Assembly: GCA_052389315.1 (NCBI GenBank)
Contig: JBQTIE010000017.1
Coordinates: forward strand, 60,948-124,947
Length of the DNA stretch: 64,000 nt
Reading direction: 5' to 3'
Origin: Acidobacteriota bacterium
Lineage (GTDB): Bacteria; Acidobacteriota; Vicinamibacteria; Vicinamibacterales; UBA2999
Both the position numbers and the translations under genes were made by a program. A model generated the notes under the pieces. The model was not told the origin of the DNA. It worked only from the letters and a program-made list of their open reading frames with translations, and ran no database searches. Positions 20,971-30,768 of this stretch are shown piece by piece; position 1 is the stretch's first letter, and each line of letters begins with the position of its first letter.

Positions 20971-21464
20971 ATCGTCACCAACAGCCCGATGAATATAGGG
21001 ACGGCGTAGGCCAACCGCGGACCGCGCGTCGATTCCAGTGTCAGATCGGGCAATGGCTGAACACCGGTGACGCGCCAAAACATCAAAATCCGATACAAAT
21101 TGCTGAACGCCTGCCTGAGGTAGCCGTGCGACGAGGCGACGATCACCGCGAGCACCCCGCCGGCCACCGCGCCGTACAGCGCAGTCATGACGACCGGTTG
21201 CCAGCCAAGCCAGGCGCCGATGGCCGCCATCAACTTGACATCGCCCGCGCCCATGCCACCGAGTGCGAAAAAGGGGAAGAAGACCGCGCCGCCGACGAGA
21301 AGCCCGAGACTCGCATGACGCCAGCCCTCGCCTTGAGGAAGAAGGCCGTGAACAAGGCACGCCACCGCCAGCGCGCTGAAGGTGAGCACGTTCGGAATCC
21401 GCGCACTGCGCAGGTCAGTGACGCACGCAGCCGCGGCAAACGCCACGGCAGCTGCCTGGATCAA
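20958..21464 (-). CDS. cpaA: Prepilin peptidase CpaA/TadV (A24)
   Basis: TDLRSARIPN, GGMGAGDVKLMAAIG, LAYAVPI; TTG start after GGAGG. Confidence 0.9.
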   Translation of the reverse strand: MIQAAAVAFAAAACVTDLRSARIPNVLTFSALAVACLVHGLLPQGEGWRHASLGLLVGGAVFFPFFALGGMGAGDVKLMAAIGAWLGWQPVVMTALYGAVAGGVLAVIVASSHGYLRQAFSNLYRILMFWRVTGVQPLPDLTLESTRGPRLAYAVPIFIGLLVTIWRS

Positions 21465-21466
21465 CG

Positions 21467-21667
21467 TCAGGAGCCTCCTCCGGGGTCTGGCGGCACCCAC
21501 AGATCCTGGGTCCCTGTATTGAGCCCGTTATAAGCCCCGCCAAGGGACGCAGCAATGAGCGGCCACGAGGCGGCACCTACCACGCCGATGCCGCCGGTCA
21601 GCAGCGCGTACTCGATTAGATCCTGCCCCCGGTCGCACGTGAGCAGTCGTCGAAAGAGTGCGCGCAT
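21467..21667 (-). CDS. flp: Flp family type IVc pilin (second copy)
   Basis: DRG|QDLIEYALL motif. Confidence 0.88.
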   Translation of the reverse strand: MRALFRRLLTCDRGQDLIEYALLTGGIGVVGAASWPLIAASLGGAYNGLNTGTQDLWVPPDPGGGS

Positions 21668-21686
21668 CGGGCCGCCGGGAGGAAAC

Positions 21687-21713
21687 GCCGTCCCCGGGAA
21701 CCCCGGGGACGGC
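21687..21713 (-). terminator. GC-rich hairpin between the two flp genes (attenuator or mRNA stabiliser)
   Basis: 11-bp stem GCCGTCCCCGG/CCGGGGACGGC a few nt after the flp1 stop, followed by a short GTTTCC on the minus strand. Confidence 0.7.
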
Positions 21714-21720
21714 GGAGCCA

Positions 21721-21906
21721 CTACGAAGCGCCCCCAGGCAGCTTCCCAACCTCGGTGTTGAGGTTGGTGTACACACTGTTCAACGTCTGGCCGATCAACG
21801 GCACAGTCGGGATCGTGACCACCGAGATGCCCGCGGCCAGAAGCGCGTACTCGATGATGTCCTGGCCCTTTTCCTCACGAATCAGTCTGCCGAACAGAGC
21901 CTTCAT
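21721..21906 (-). CDS. flp: Flp family type IVc pilin (probable major pilin)
   Basis: MKALFGRLIREEKG|QDIIEYALLAAG; GGAG SD. Confidence 0.92.
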   Translation of the reverse strand: MKALFGRLIREEKGQDIIEYALLAAGISVVTIPTVPLIGQTLNSVYTNLNTEVGKLPGGAS

Positions 21907-22032
21907 TTGGTGCTCCATGTGAATCCGGGAGTCAATGGGATGCTGCTGGGCGCCCCGGTGTCCGTCCAGTAGCGGGGGACGAGCGGCTCTTTCAAGAACC
22001 CTTTGGCGTCTTGTCGGCCGCGACGAGCCTCT

Positions 22033-22061
22033 AATGTAGACTGTCCAGTCGTCCGGCACAA
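22033..22061 (-). promoter_or_regulatory. Putative sigma70-type promoter for flp with an inverted repeat in the spacer
   Basis: Minus strand TTGTGC-17 nt-TACATT; GACTG-TC-CAGTC at 22039-22050. Confidence 0.35.
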
Positions 22062-22364
22062 CTGCCAATGGTAACTTTAAGAGCAATCTTTACTACTTCA
22101 TTCTTGGGACACTTCAGTACTCGATACGACTTTAAAGCTCTTTGTTGCGCTTCACAGCACAGCTCTTCGCGCTGCCACCCTCGCCTGCGAACCGACGAAA
22201 TGCGTAACGTCCGACACCGTTTCGCCGCCCATTGCCGGCCCCCAAGAGGACCGGAATGAAGTCACCGCCATTCCTGATTGCGCGAATTGGGCGCAAAGCC
22301 CCCCTGGCCCTGACCCCTGGCCTGATCAGCTCGACCTGGCGTCGTTCGCCGGCCAATCTCTCGT

Positions 22365-22381
22365 CGCAAGGGCAATGCCAA
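22365..22381 (-). promoter_or_regulatory. Putative sigma54 (-24/-12) promoter facing the tad operon
   Basis: Minus strand TTGGCATTGCCCTTGCG, i.e. GG-N10-GC with TGGCA and TTGC. Confidence 0.55.
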
Positions 22382-22652
22382 GCCGCCGGGCAGAACGACC
22401 GCTCCGGCAGATCTGACGCTCGTCACGACGACTGGGGGGGATCAACCACTCTATAGGAATGCATACAGTCTTTCAATCATCGGCCGACACACAGCAACAA
22501 CGGCCAGCACGTGTAGCGCGTACAATGAAGTGCGCCTGCTCGGCGGCTACAACGCGCGTTCGAGCGTCCTCACTTCAGTGGGGCGCGACCGGTGCCCCCT
22601 CGCGCCGCTTGACTCGTATCGGTCTCGAACCGATAACCTCGACAAGATCGTG

Positions 22653-24623
22653 ATGCCAAGGTCCGCTTCGATTGCTGTCGGGCTGACAGTGCTTGCCGCA
22701 TGGCACGCTCCCGCGTGGGGACGCTTCCCGGCCGCGCAGGTGCCTGCCATCGAGATCACGTCGCCTCACGGCCGCATTGCCACAACCGGCGCGCTGCGCA
22801 TCGTTGCCCAGCTGCGGACTGAAAACCCTGCGACCGCAGCCGTCGTCGCCGTACGCTTCTTCGTAGACGATGCGCTCATCGGTGAAGACGCCGAAGGTCC
22901 CGTCTACGCAGCCGAATGGATGGACAAGAACCCCTTTCTGCCCGCGACGATCCGCGCCGAGGCCATCGGGGACAACGGGGTCATCGGCACCGACACCGTG
23001 ATGCTGCCCGCGATCGAGATCACCGACGAGTCGCGCGTGGCGAGCGTGCTGCTGGACGTTTCGGTACTCGACGAAGAGGGTCAGTACGTCCGCGGCCTGA
23101 CGCGCGATCGCTTCGGTGTCTTCGAAGACGGCACCCCGCAGGCCATCGACCTGATGAACGCGGCGCTCGTGCCCACCACACACACGCTGCTCGTGGATAC
23201 CAGCCAGAGCATGTCGTACCGGTTCGAATTCGTCCGCCGAGCGGCCCGCCGGCTGGGCAGCACCATGAAAGCGGGCGACCAGATGATCGTCCTGCCGTTC
23301 TCGCGGGCCCTGGGCGCCATGACGGGGCCCACGACCGACCTCGAGGCCATCGCCAGCGCCGTGGACACCCTGCAGGCAGGAGGAGGGACGGCCATCGCCG
23401 ACGCCGTGCTCGCGGCCAGCGAACGGTTGGGGCCGGTCGAGGGACGTCAGATCATCGTCCTGCTGACCGATGGCTATGACGAGCACAGCGAGTCGAGGTT
23501 CGACCAGGCCCGGGATGCGGTCCGTCGGCTGCACGGCACGTTGTATACGGTGGGCATCGGCGGGGCCGCTGGGATCTCCATCCGCGGTCGCGATTCGCTC
23601 AAGACGCTGGCGCTCGGGACGGGCGGGCAGGCGTTTTTCCCCTTCCGCGACGAAGAGATCCCCAGCATCCACGACCGCGTGGCTGCCGACGTCGCATCGC
23701 GATACCTCCTGACCTACACCCCAGCCAACCAGTCGCGCGATGGGCTGTGGCGTTCCGTTGAAGTGAAGACGGACGACCCCACCCACAAGATCCTGACTCG
23801 CGAGGGGTACTATGCCGCGGCCCCCATCCCGATTCGCCCGACGCTCGAGTTCACCGCGCGCGACCTCAATCGGCGGCCCATTTCAATCACGGCCTCCGAC
23901 CTCATCGTCTACGAGGACGGCGTCGAGCAGACCGTGACCAGCTTCCAGGAAGCCGTCTCTCCCGTCTCGATGCTGATGGCTCTCGACAAGAGCGGCAGTA
24001 TGCGCCGTGACGAAGAGGCCGTACGCGCGGCCGCCGGTGCGTTCATCGATTCACTGCGCCCGGAGGACGCGCTGGGCGTCGTCGGATTCGCAGACGACGC
24101 GGAGATGCTCGCGGATGTCGCGCCGTATCGCACCTGGTCGCGACACGCCGTCAATCAGTACAGGACGGGCGGCGGAACGGCCCTCTACGACGCCATCGGC
24201 TTGTCGCTCGAGCGGCTGGCCACGGTGAAAGGCCGGCGGGCCATCGTGCTCATGACCGATGGGCGCGACGAGGACAATCCCGGGACGGGCCCGGGAAGCA
24301 CGCTGACGCTCGCCGACATCCTCGAACGGCTGGCACAGACGGACGTGGCGGTTTTTGCGATCGGGCTTGGACCGCGCGTCGATCGCGCCACGCTCGAGAA
24401 GCTGGCCGAAGTCAGCAACGGGGAGGCCTACTTCCCGATGGACGTGACGCTGCTGGCCGACGAATACCGCCGTGTCACGGAGGACTTGAGACGTCGCTAC
24501 CTGGTCGGCTACACGTCGACCAACCCACGTAGCGACGGGCAGTGGCGCACCGTGGAAATGCACTCGCGCACCGACGGCATCGTGTTCACCAGCCGCGGCG
24601 GATACCAGGCGCCGGAAAAGTAG
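22653..24623 (+). CDS. Exported protein with an Ig-like domain and two VWA domains (acidobacterial VWFA-related)
   Basis: Two MIDAS motifs (DTSQSM, DKSGSM), GGTA and LLTDG/LMTDG repeated twice, YLLTYTP/YLVGYTS; signal peptide. Confidence 0.9.
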   Translation: MPRSASIAVGLTVLAAWHAPAWGRFPAAQVPAIEITSPHGRIATTGALRIVAQLRTENPATAAVVAVRFFVDDALIGEDAEGPVYAAEWMDKNPFLPATIRAEAIGDNGVIGTDTVMLPAIEITDESRVASVLLDVSVLDEEGQYVRGLTRDRFGVFEDGTPQAIDLMNAALVPTTHTLLVDTSQSMSYRFEFVRRAARRLGSTMKAGDQMIVLPFSRALGAMTGPTTDLEAIASAVDTLQAGGGTAIADAVLAASERLGPVEGRQIIVLLTDGYDEHSESRFDQARDAVRRLHGTLYTVGIGGAAGISIRGRDSLKTLALGTGGQAFFPFRDEEIPSIHDRVAADVASRYLLTYTPANQSRDGLWRSVEVKTDDPTHKILTREGYYAAAPIPIRPTLEFTARDLNRRPISITASDLIVYEDGVEQTVTSFQEAVSPVSMLMALDKSGSMRRDEEAVRAAAGAFIDSLRPEDALGVVGFADDAEMLADVAPYRTWSRHAVNQYRTGGGTALYDAIGLSLERLATVKGRRAIVLMTDGRDEDNPGTGPGSTLTLADILERLAQTDVAVFAIGLGPRVDRATLEKLAEVSNGEAYFPMDVTLLADEYRRVTEDLRRRYLVGYTSTNPRSDGQWRTVEMHSRTDGIVFTSRGGYQAPEK

Positions 24624-24625
24624 CG

Positions 24626-25492
24626 ATGCCGGACGAGGCGTCCCTGCGCGCGCTCGTGGCGCGCGCGAGAAACGACGACGGCGGGTGGCCTTATTACGCG
24701 GGCCGTCAGAGCCGTCTCGAGCCGACCGCCTGGGCGCTCATCGCACTCAAGGAGCGAGGGGCCGCGCTCGTCCTGCAGCGCTGGCGGTCCCCGGCAGGTC
24801 TGCTCGTCGAGCCGGTCACGGGCAGCGTCAACTACGCCTTCAATGCCCTCGCGGCGCTCGCGCTGCGGTCCATGGCCGAGGCGGGAGACGATCCGGACGC
24901 CACCGCCGCCGACATCGTCCAGGGACTGATCGGGCACAAGGGAGTCGCGGTGCCGGACCATCCGGCGATCCGCCAGGACGCGACTCTTCGAGCCTGGTCC
25001 TGGACCGACGGCACCTTCAGCTGGGTCGAGCCGACGGCCTGGTGCATGCTGGCCGTCAAGAAGATCGCCCCTGTCGATGGGCCGGGACGTCAGCGAACGG
25101 CCGAGGCCGAGCGGATGCTGCGCGACCGTGCCTGCCTGGGAGGCGGGTGGAACTACGGGAACGCCGAGGTCTTCCGTCAAGCGCTGCCCGCGCATGTGCC
25201 GCCCTCCGCGCTCGGCGTCCTGGCCATGCAGGACCAGCTCGGCGACCGTGTCGTTCAGGAGGCCGTCGGGTTCCTGCGCCGGGCGGCGGCGCTCGAAGGT
25301 TCGACGAGCGCGCTCGCCCTGGCGTGGATTGCCCTGAGCGCCGCCAAGGTGACCGCTCCTGACCTCGAAGCGGCGCTGGCCGCGCGCGCCGGCATCACCG
25401 AGCAGTTCGGCAACCTCGCGTCGGCCGCGATGGGCGTGTACGCGCTCGACCATCAACGCCGGCGCGTGCCGCCGTCGGCCTTTGTGGTGTAG
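24626..25492 (+). CDS. Prenyltransferase/squalene-oxidase-repeat (alpha/alpha barrel) protein
   Basis: RNDDGGWPY, SRLEPTAWAL, FSWVEPTAW, GGGWNYGN repeats. Confidence 0.7.
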   Translation: MPDEASLRALVARARNDDGGWPYYAGRQSRLEPTAWALIALKERGAALVLQRWRSPAGLLVEPVTGSVNYAFNALAALALRSMAEAGDDPDATAADIVQGLIGHKGVAVPDHPAIRQDATLRAWSWTDGTFSWVEPTAWCMLAVKKIAPVDGPGRQRTAEAERMLRDRACLGGGWNYGNAEVFRQALPAHVPPSALGVLAMQDQLGDRVVQEAVGFLRRAAALEGSTSALALAWIALSAAKVTAPDLEAALAARAGITEQFGNLASAAMGVYALDHQRRRVPPSAFVV

Positions 25493-25514
25493 CGTGGAGG
25501 GGGACGGCCGCCCG

Positions 25515-26489
25515 ATGACCCCGCTTTCGCGCCGCGAGTTCCTGCTGACGACGGCAAGCGCCGTGGCATGGGGCTGCCGGCCCGCGCCGTATCATGCCGC
25601 GCAGTTTCGCGTCCCGGCCCTCTCTCCGGTGGCGATCCTGCCCGCACCCGCCTACGACGCCGACTTCGCCGACATCATCGGGCGTGGGTTGGCGGAGCTC
25701 GAGCTCGACGTGCGGAACCTGCGCGTCCTCCTCAAGCCCAATCTGGTGGAGTACGAGCCGGGCACCGTCATCAACACCAACGCCGCCGTGGTCGTCGGCG
25801 CGGCAGTGGCGATCAGGCGCGCCGGCGCACGCGAGGTCGTCGTGGCGGAAGGTCCCGGTCATCGCCGCGACCTCGAGTACCTGATGACCAGCACCGGCCT
25901 GTACGATCACCTGCGGGAAGAGCGCATTCCTTTCGTGGATCTGAACCACGACGACGTGCGGCGCGTGACGCTTCGGAGCTGGTTCACAGAACTGCGGGAG
26001 CTGATGCTCCCGGCAGCCGTGGTCGATGCCGATCTCGTGGTGTCGATGCCGAAGCTCAAGACGCACCATTGGGCCGGCATCACGTGCAGCATGAAGAATC
26101 TGTTCGGCGTCGTGCCGGGCGCCGTGTACGGATGGCCGAAGAACCTGCTGCATTTCCGGGGCATCCCGCAGTCAATCCTCGATCTGACGGCGACTATCCA
26201 GCCACGGCTGGCGATTGTCGACGCCGTCGTCGGGATGGAGGGCGACGGTCCGATCATGGGACGGCCGAAAGCCGTGGGCGCCATCGTGATGGGATCGGAC
26301 CCGGTGGCCGTCGACGCCACGGCTGCGCGCGTGATGAAGCTCCGTCCGGATCGCATCCCGTATCTGACCGTTGCGTCTCGGTTCCTGGGCAACCTGGACG
26401 ATTCGCGCATCGAGATGCGCGGGGAATCGGTGGATCGGTTCGCGACCTCCTTCGACGTGCTCGACGATTTCACCCACCTCCGCGGCTGA
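25515..26489 (+). CDS. DUF362 domain protein with Tat/lipoprotein signal
   Basis: SRREFLL...AWGC; VLLKPNLV, SMPKLKTHHWAGITCSMKNLFG, GMEGDGP, DPVAVD. Confidence 0.88.
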   Translation: MTPLSRREFLLTTASAVAWGCRPAPYHAAQFRVPALSPVAILPAPAYDADFADIIGRGLAELELDVRNLRVLLKPNLVEYEPGTVINTNAAVVVGAAVAIRRAGAREVVVAEGPGHRRDLEYLMTSTGLYDHLREERIPFVDLNHDDVRRVTLRSWFTELRELMLPAAVVDADLVVSMPKLKTHHWAGITCSMKNLFGVVPGAVYGWPKNLLHFRGIPQSILDLTATIQPRLAIVDAVVGMEGDGPIMGRPKAVGAIVMGSDPVAVDATAARVMKLRPDRIPYLTVASRFLGNLDDSRIEMRGESVDRFATSFDVLDDFTHLRG

Positions 26490-26593
26490 CCGACTCCGGA
26501 CTGTTTCTCCGGTGCCAGCTCTGGAATCGCAACCGCGTTGGTCGAGACTAGTGTCGGCCTGTCCGCGCCTCCCCTATAATTCCCGAGGTCCTT

Positions 26594-29281
26594 GTGGCCC
26601 TCATCCGTGGCACGAGATTCGGGGTGTTCGAAATCGTCGGCTCGCTCGGCGCTGGCGGCATGGGCGAGGTCTATCGCGCGGCGGATACCAAGCTGAAGCG
26701 CCAGGTCGCCATAAAGATCCTGCCGCCGTTGCTGGCGACTGACCCCGACCGGCTGGCCCGCTTTCAGCGCGAAGCTGAGCTCTTGGCGTCCCTGAATCAT
26801 CCACACATCGCCGCCATCTACGGCCTTGAAGAAGCGGATGGCGTGAAGGGGCTCGTGATGGAGCTCGTCGAGGGAGTCACCCTCGCCGACCGCATTGCGC
26901 AGGGGCCGATTCCGATCGATGAAACGCTGGACATTGCGAAGCAGATCACGGAGGCGCTCGAAGCCGCCCACGAGCAAAGGATCATGCACCGCGATCTCAA
27001 GCCCGCGAATATCAAGCTACGACCCGACGGCACGGTGAAGGTGCTGGACTTCGGCCTCGCGAAGGCTCTGGAACCTGTGGCGGCGAACAGTGAGGACGTG
27101 ACGGCGTCACCAACCATTACGAGCCCCGCCATGACGCACATGGGCATGATTCTCGGCACCGCAGCGTACATGGCGCCGGAGCAGGCGAAAGGGAAGCAGG
27201 TCGACAAGCGAGCTGATATCTGGGCGTTCGGTTGTGTGCTCTACGAGATGCTGACGAGCAGGCGTGCATTTGATGGTGACGACATCACCGACGTGCTCGG
27301 CGCTGTCGCCCGCCTTGAACCAGACTGGGCGGCACTCCCGCCCGAAGTTTCCTCACCAGTTCGAGCGCTTCTCGAAAGTTGCCTCGTCAAGAGTAGTCGT
27401 GAGCGCCTCGCTGATATCTCGACGGCGCGTTTCGTGCTCAGCAATTTGAGGACTCTTACCCACACGCACTCCGTCGAATCAGCCACACCCGGAGTCACTC
27501 CCGCCGGAATAGGCCGACCGACTCATCAGCGCGCAGTTCGCCGCCTGGCGATGGGAGGTGTCATTAGCGCGGGCGTTGCGATCGCCGGATTGCTCGCGTG
27601 GTCCGCGGGCCGGCTCGCGTCGCCCCATCCGCCGGTGCCTGACCTCAGACGGTTCGCCATCACACTGGCCGACGGCGAGCGGATACCCGCGACCGCCCGT
27701 CGCGTCGTGGCGCTCTCGCCTGGCGGCACGCACCTCGCGTACGTCGCGAGCGAACGGCTGAACCTGCGAGCCATGGATCAGCTCGAAGCCACACCGATCC
27801 GCGGGACGGAAGGAGGCCACAGCCCTTTCTTTTCGCCCGACGGCCTGTGGATCGGATTCTGGCAGAATCATCAGCTCCGGAAGGTGTCGGTGACCGGCGG
27901 CGCATCCGTGCCGCTCTGCGACGCAGAGGCGCCCTGGGGCGCAAGCTGGGGCGCGAATGACACCATTCTTTACAGTCAGGGGCCACGGGGGATCTGGCGC
28001 GTGTCGGGACAGGGCGGCACACCCGAGCGACTCATTGCGGTCGATGAGTCGACGCGTGAGTTCGCCTACGGCCCGCAGATCCTGCCTGGTGGCGACGCCG
28101 TGCTCTTCACCGTGGCGACCCCGGCCGGGGATGACGCGCGGGTCGTCGTGCAGTCGCTGGTGAGCCGCACGCGGAAGGTACTGGTCGAGGGAGCGGGCAG
28201 CGGCCGGTTCGTGTCCACCGGGCACCTGATCTACACCCGCGAAGACACACTGTTTGCCGCCCCGTTCGATGTCGGGCAGCTCGAAGTCATCGGCGGCCAG
28301 GTCTCGCTCGTGGAGGGCATCGCGGTCTCAGAGGAAGGCCAGACCGCACACTTCAGCCTGTCCACCGACGGGACGCTGGCGTACGTGCCCGGCACCGAGG
28401 TTGAGCGTACGCTCGTCTGGGTCGATCGGCGCGGCCGCGAGGAAGCCGTACCGGCCCCGCACAAGTCGTATTCCTGGGTGCGTGTGTCGCCCGACGGAAC
28501 ACGGGTCGCGATGGAGGTGCAAGAGCGACGGAACACAGACGTCTGGATCTACGACCTCGCGCGCAATACGTCGACGCGCTTGACCTTCGCGCCCGAGGCG
28601 GACCGCTGTCCGATCTGGACGCCGGACGGCCAGCGGGTTGTTTTCAGGTCAGGATCAGATCTCGCATGGACGGCCGCAAACGGTACGGGAAGGGTCGAGC
28701 GGCTGGCGACGGGCCTCAACGCACCCAGGCCGTATGCGTGGTCCAGCGACGGACAGAGTCTCATCTTCGATCAGGCAGGTGGAAAGAGCGATCTTGTCAT
28801 GCTGCGGTTGGAGGGTGAGCGCAAACTCGAGCCTTTGATGGCCAACGAGCACGATACCACTCGTCCGTCAATCTCGCCGGATGGTCGATGGATCGCGTAT
28901 CGGTCGACCGAGTCCCTGCCAGGTCAGATCTATGTGCAGCCCTTCCCCAACGTGAGCGAAAACCGTTGGCCGGTTTCGACGGCCGGCGGAATGGCTCCGC
29001 TGTGGTCCCGGGACGGCCGGGAACTCTTCTATGACAATGGCAACTTCCTGATGGTCGCACCCGTCGACACCAAGATGTCGTTCAGTTTTAAAACGCCCCG
29101 GGCCTTGTTTCAAGGCGCGTACTTCTACGGAACTGGTTGGGGTGGGCGCGCGTGGGACATTGCCCCTGACGGGCGCTTTCTCATGCTCAAGCAAGGCGCC
29201 TCCACAACGAGCGAGTCCGCTCGGATCATCGTCGTCCTCAACTGGTTCGAGGAGCTAAAGCGCATCGTCTTGACGAGGTGA
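26594..29281 (+). CDS. Hanks-type Ser/Thr kinase with TM helix and TolB-like (PD40) beta-propeller
   Basis: LGAGGMGEVY, VAIK, HRDLKPAN, DFGLAK, GTAAYMAPEQ; repeated SPDG; TATAAT at 26575-26580. Confidence 0.95.
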   Translation: MALIRGTRFGVFEIVGSLGAGGMGEVYRAADTKLKRQVAIKILPPLLATDPDRLARFQREAELLASLNHPHIAAIYGLEEADGVKGLVMELVEGVTLADRIAQGPIPIDETLDIAKQITEALEAAHEQRIMHRDLKPANIKLRPDGTVKVLDFGLAKALEPVAANSEDVTASPTITSPAMTHMGMILGTAAYMAPEQAKGKQVDKRADIWAFGCVLYEMLTSRRAFDGDDITDVLGAVARLEPDWAALPPEVSSPVRALLESCLVKSSRERLADISTARFVLSNLRTLTHTHSVESATPGVTPAGIGRPTHQRAVRRLAMGGVISAGVAIAGLLAWSAGRLASPHPPVPDLRRFAITLADGERIPATARRVVALSPGGTHLAYVASERLNLRAMDQLEATPIRGTEGGHSPFFSPDGLWIGFWQNHQLRKVSVTGGASVPLCDAEAPWGASWGANDTILYSQGPRGIWRVSGQGGTPERLIAVDESTREFAYGPQILPGGDAVLFTVATPAGDDARVVVQSLVSRTRKVLVEGAGSGRFVSTGHLIYTREDTLFAAPFDVGQLEVIGGQVSLVEGIAVSEEGQTAHFSLSTDGTLAYVPGTEVERTLVWVDRRGREEAVPAPHKSYSWVRVSPDGTRVAMEVQERRNTDVWIYDLARNTSTRLTFAPEADRCPIWTPDGQRVVFRSGSDLAWTAANGTGRVERLATGLNAPRPYAWSSDGQSLIFDQAGGKSDLVMLRLEGERKLEPLMANEHDTTRPSISPDGRWIAYRSTESLPGQIYVQPFPNVSENRWPVSTAGGMAPLWSRDGRELFYDNGNFLMVAPVDTKMSFSFKTPRALFQGAYFYGTGWGGRAWDIAPDGRFLMLKQGASTTSESARIIVVLNWFEELKRIVLTR

Positions 29282-29388
29282 CGCGTGCCGAGTTTCTGAA
29301 CTCAGCCCGCGAAGAATGACGAGCATCTGGTGCACCCGAGCGCCTTCGCACCCACGCCACGTGCCCGTCGCGGAAGTAGACTGACTGG

Positions 29389-30438
29389 ATGAGCGCGCCC
29401 TCTCCGCGTACGCACGGCGGCTTTCACGCCGTGCTCGAGCACGACCACCCCTACGTGTTCATCGACTCCTGCATGCAGATCTGGCCGGATGCCGACTTCG
29501 CGGCGGCCCACCGGCACGGCGTCACGGCGTATGGCGTGACGGCGTTCGAGCCACACGACGGCGTGGACGCCGCGCTCGAGCAGCTCATGTTCTGGCACCT
29601 GGTGGCGCGCACCCATCCGAACCTGTCGGTGGCCACGTCCGCCGATGACATCAGAGCCGCCAAACGCGATGGTCGAGCGGCGCTCGTGCTCTTCTCCCAG
29701 GGCGGTGATTTCATCGAACGGAAGCTCCACCGCATCGAGGCGTTCTACCGGTTGGGGCTGCGCGTGCTGATTCCCGCCTACAACCGCACGAATCAGATCT
29801 GCGACGGCATCCTCGACCGGACCGACATGGGGCTCACCCGCTTCGGCCGTCTCGCCGTCGCCGAGTGCAATCGCGTGGGACTCCTGCTGGACTGCACGCA
29901 CATCGGCAAGCGGGCCAGCCTGGAGATCATCGAGCGCAGCAGCCAGCCGGTCATCTTCAGCCACTCCAATCCCAATCGCCTCGCGCCCAACCCGCGCAAC
30001 ATCGACGACGAGCAGATCAAGGCGTGTGCCGCGCGCGGCGGCATCATCGGGCTCGTATCCTGGGGGCCGCTCGTGATGGCCCGTGACCAGCAGACGTGGC
30101 CGACGCTCGCCCAGTTCGTGGACATCGTCGATGACGTGGCGCAGATGCTCGGTGGAGCGACCCAGGTGGGCATCGGCACCGACATGTCGCTCGGGACCTA
30201 TCCGGATCATCGAGCCGACCCGTGGGGCGAGGCCGACTACCCGCAGATCTCGGCGGAGTACGGACGGCACGTGACGGCGGACATCCGGTCGCCGCGCCGC
30301 TCGCTCGACGGTTTTTCCGACTATTCGGAGGTCGTGCGGCTCGCCGAGGCGCTGCTGGCGCGGGGCTTCACCGACCCGGACGTGCGCGGCATCCTGGGGG
30401 AGAACTACCTGCGGGTGTTCGAGCAGGTGTGGCAATAG
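29389..30438 (+). CDS. Membrane dipeptidase (peptidase M19) family protein
   Basis: GLTRFGR....CNRVGLLLDCTH, PVIFSHSN, RNIDDEQIKA, VGIGTD, ILGENYLRVF. Confidence 0.9.
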   Translation: MSAPSPRTHGGFHAVLEHDHPYVFIDSCMQIWPDADFAAAHRHGVTAYGVTAFEPHDGVDAALEQLMFWHLVARTHPNLSVATSADDIRAAKRDGRAALVLFSQGGDFIERKLHRIEAFYRLGLRVLIPAYNRTNQICDGILDRTDMGLTRFGRLAVAECNRVGLLLDCTHIGKRASLEIIERSSQPVIFSHSNPNRLAPNPRNIDDEQIKACAARGGIIGLVSWGPLVMARDQQTWPTLAQFVDIVDDVAQMLGGATQVGIGTDMSLGTYPDHRADPWGEADYPQISAEYGRHVTADIRSPRRSLDGFSDYSEVVRLAEALLARGFTDPDVRGILGENYLRVFEQVWQ

Positions 30439-30439
30439 A

Positions 30440-30746
30440 GCGGCGCTACAGCCCGCCCGTGTGCCTCGGCTGCGAGTCAAAGGTCGTGACGGGAGATCCG
30501 GACCCGAAGCACATTTCAACCTCGTATGTCGAGCGCCAGATGATGCGGAAGCCGATGCACCGGTTCACGCCCCTGACCAACGCGTTCTCGAAGAAGGTCG
30601 AGAACCACGCGGCAGCCGTGGCGCTCTACTTCATGTGGCACGACTTCGGCCGCGTGCAGTAGATGCTGCGCGTCACCCCCGCGATGCAAGCCGGCGTCAC
30701 CGATCACGTGTGGACGATTGAGGAGATCGTCGGCCTGCTCGGCTGA
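30440..30746 (+). mobile_element. IS1-family transposase C-terminal remnant (pseudogene)
   Basis: RYSPPVC...GDPDPKHISTSYVERQ..MR..M.RFT.LTNAFSKKVENHAAAVALYF, internal TAG at 30660-30662, then LRVTPAMQAGVTDHVWTIEEI. Confidence 0.85.
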
Positions 30747-30768
30747 CCCTGCGGTACAATTCGCCCAC

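Noticed and set aside
22285-22345. c-di-GMP-I riboswitch (GGGCGCAAAGCC resembles the GEMM core)
   Set aside because: The upstream GNRA-capped P2 stem and flanking P1 could not be built, and it is on the strand opposite to flp. An Rfam scan would settle it.
30660-30662. Pyrrolysine or readthrough at the in-frame TAG in the IS1-like fragment
   Set aside because: The fragment lacks its N-terminus and has other lesions (missing residues after VERQ), consistent with simple decay.
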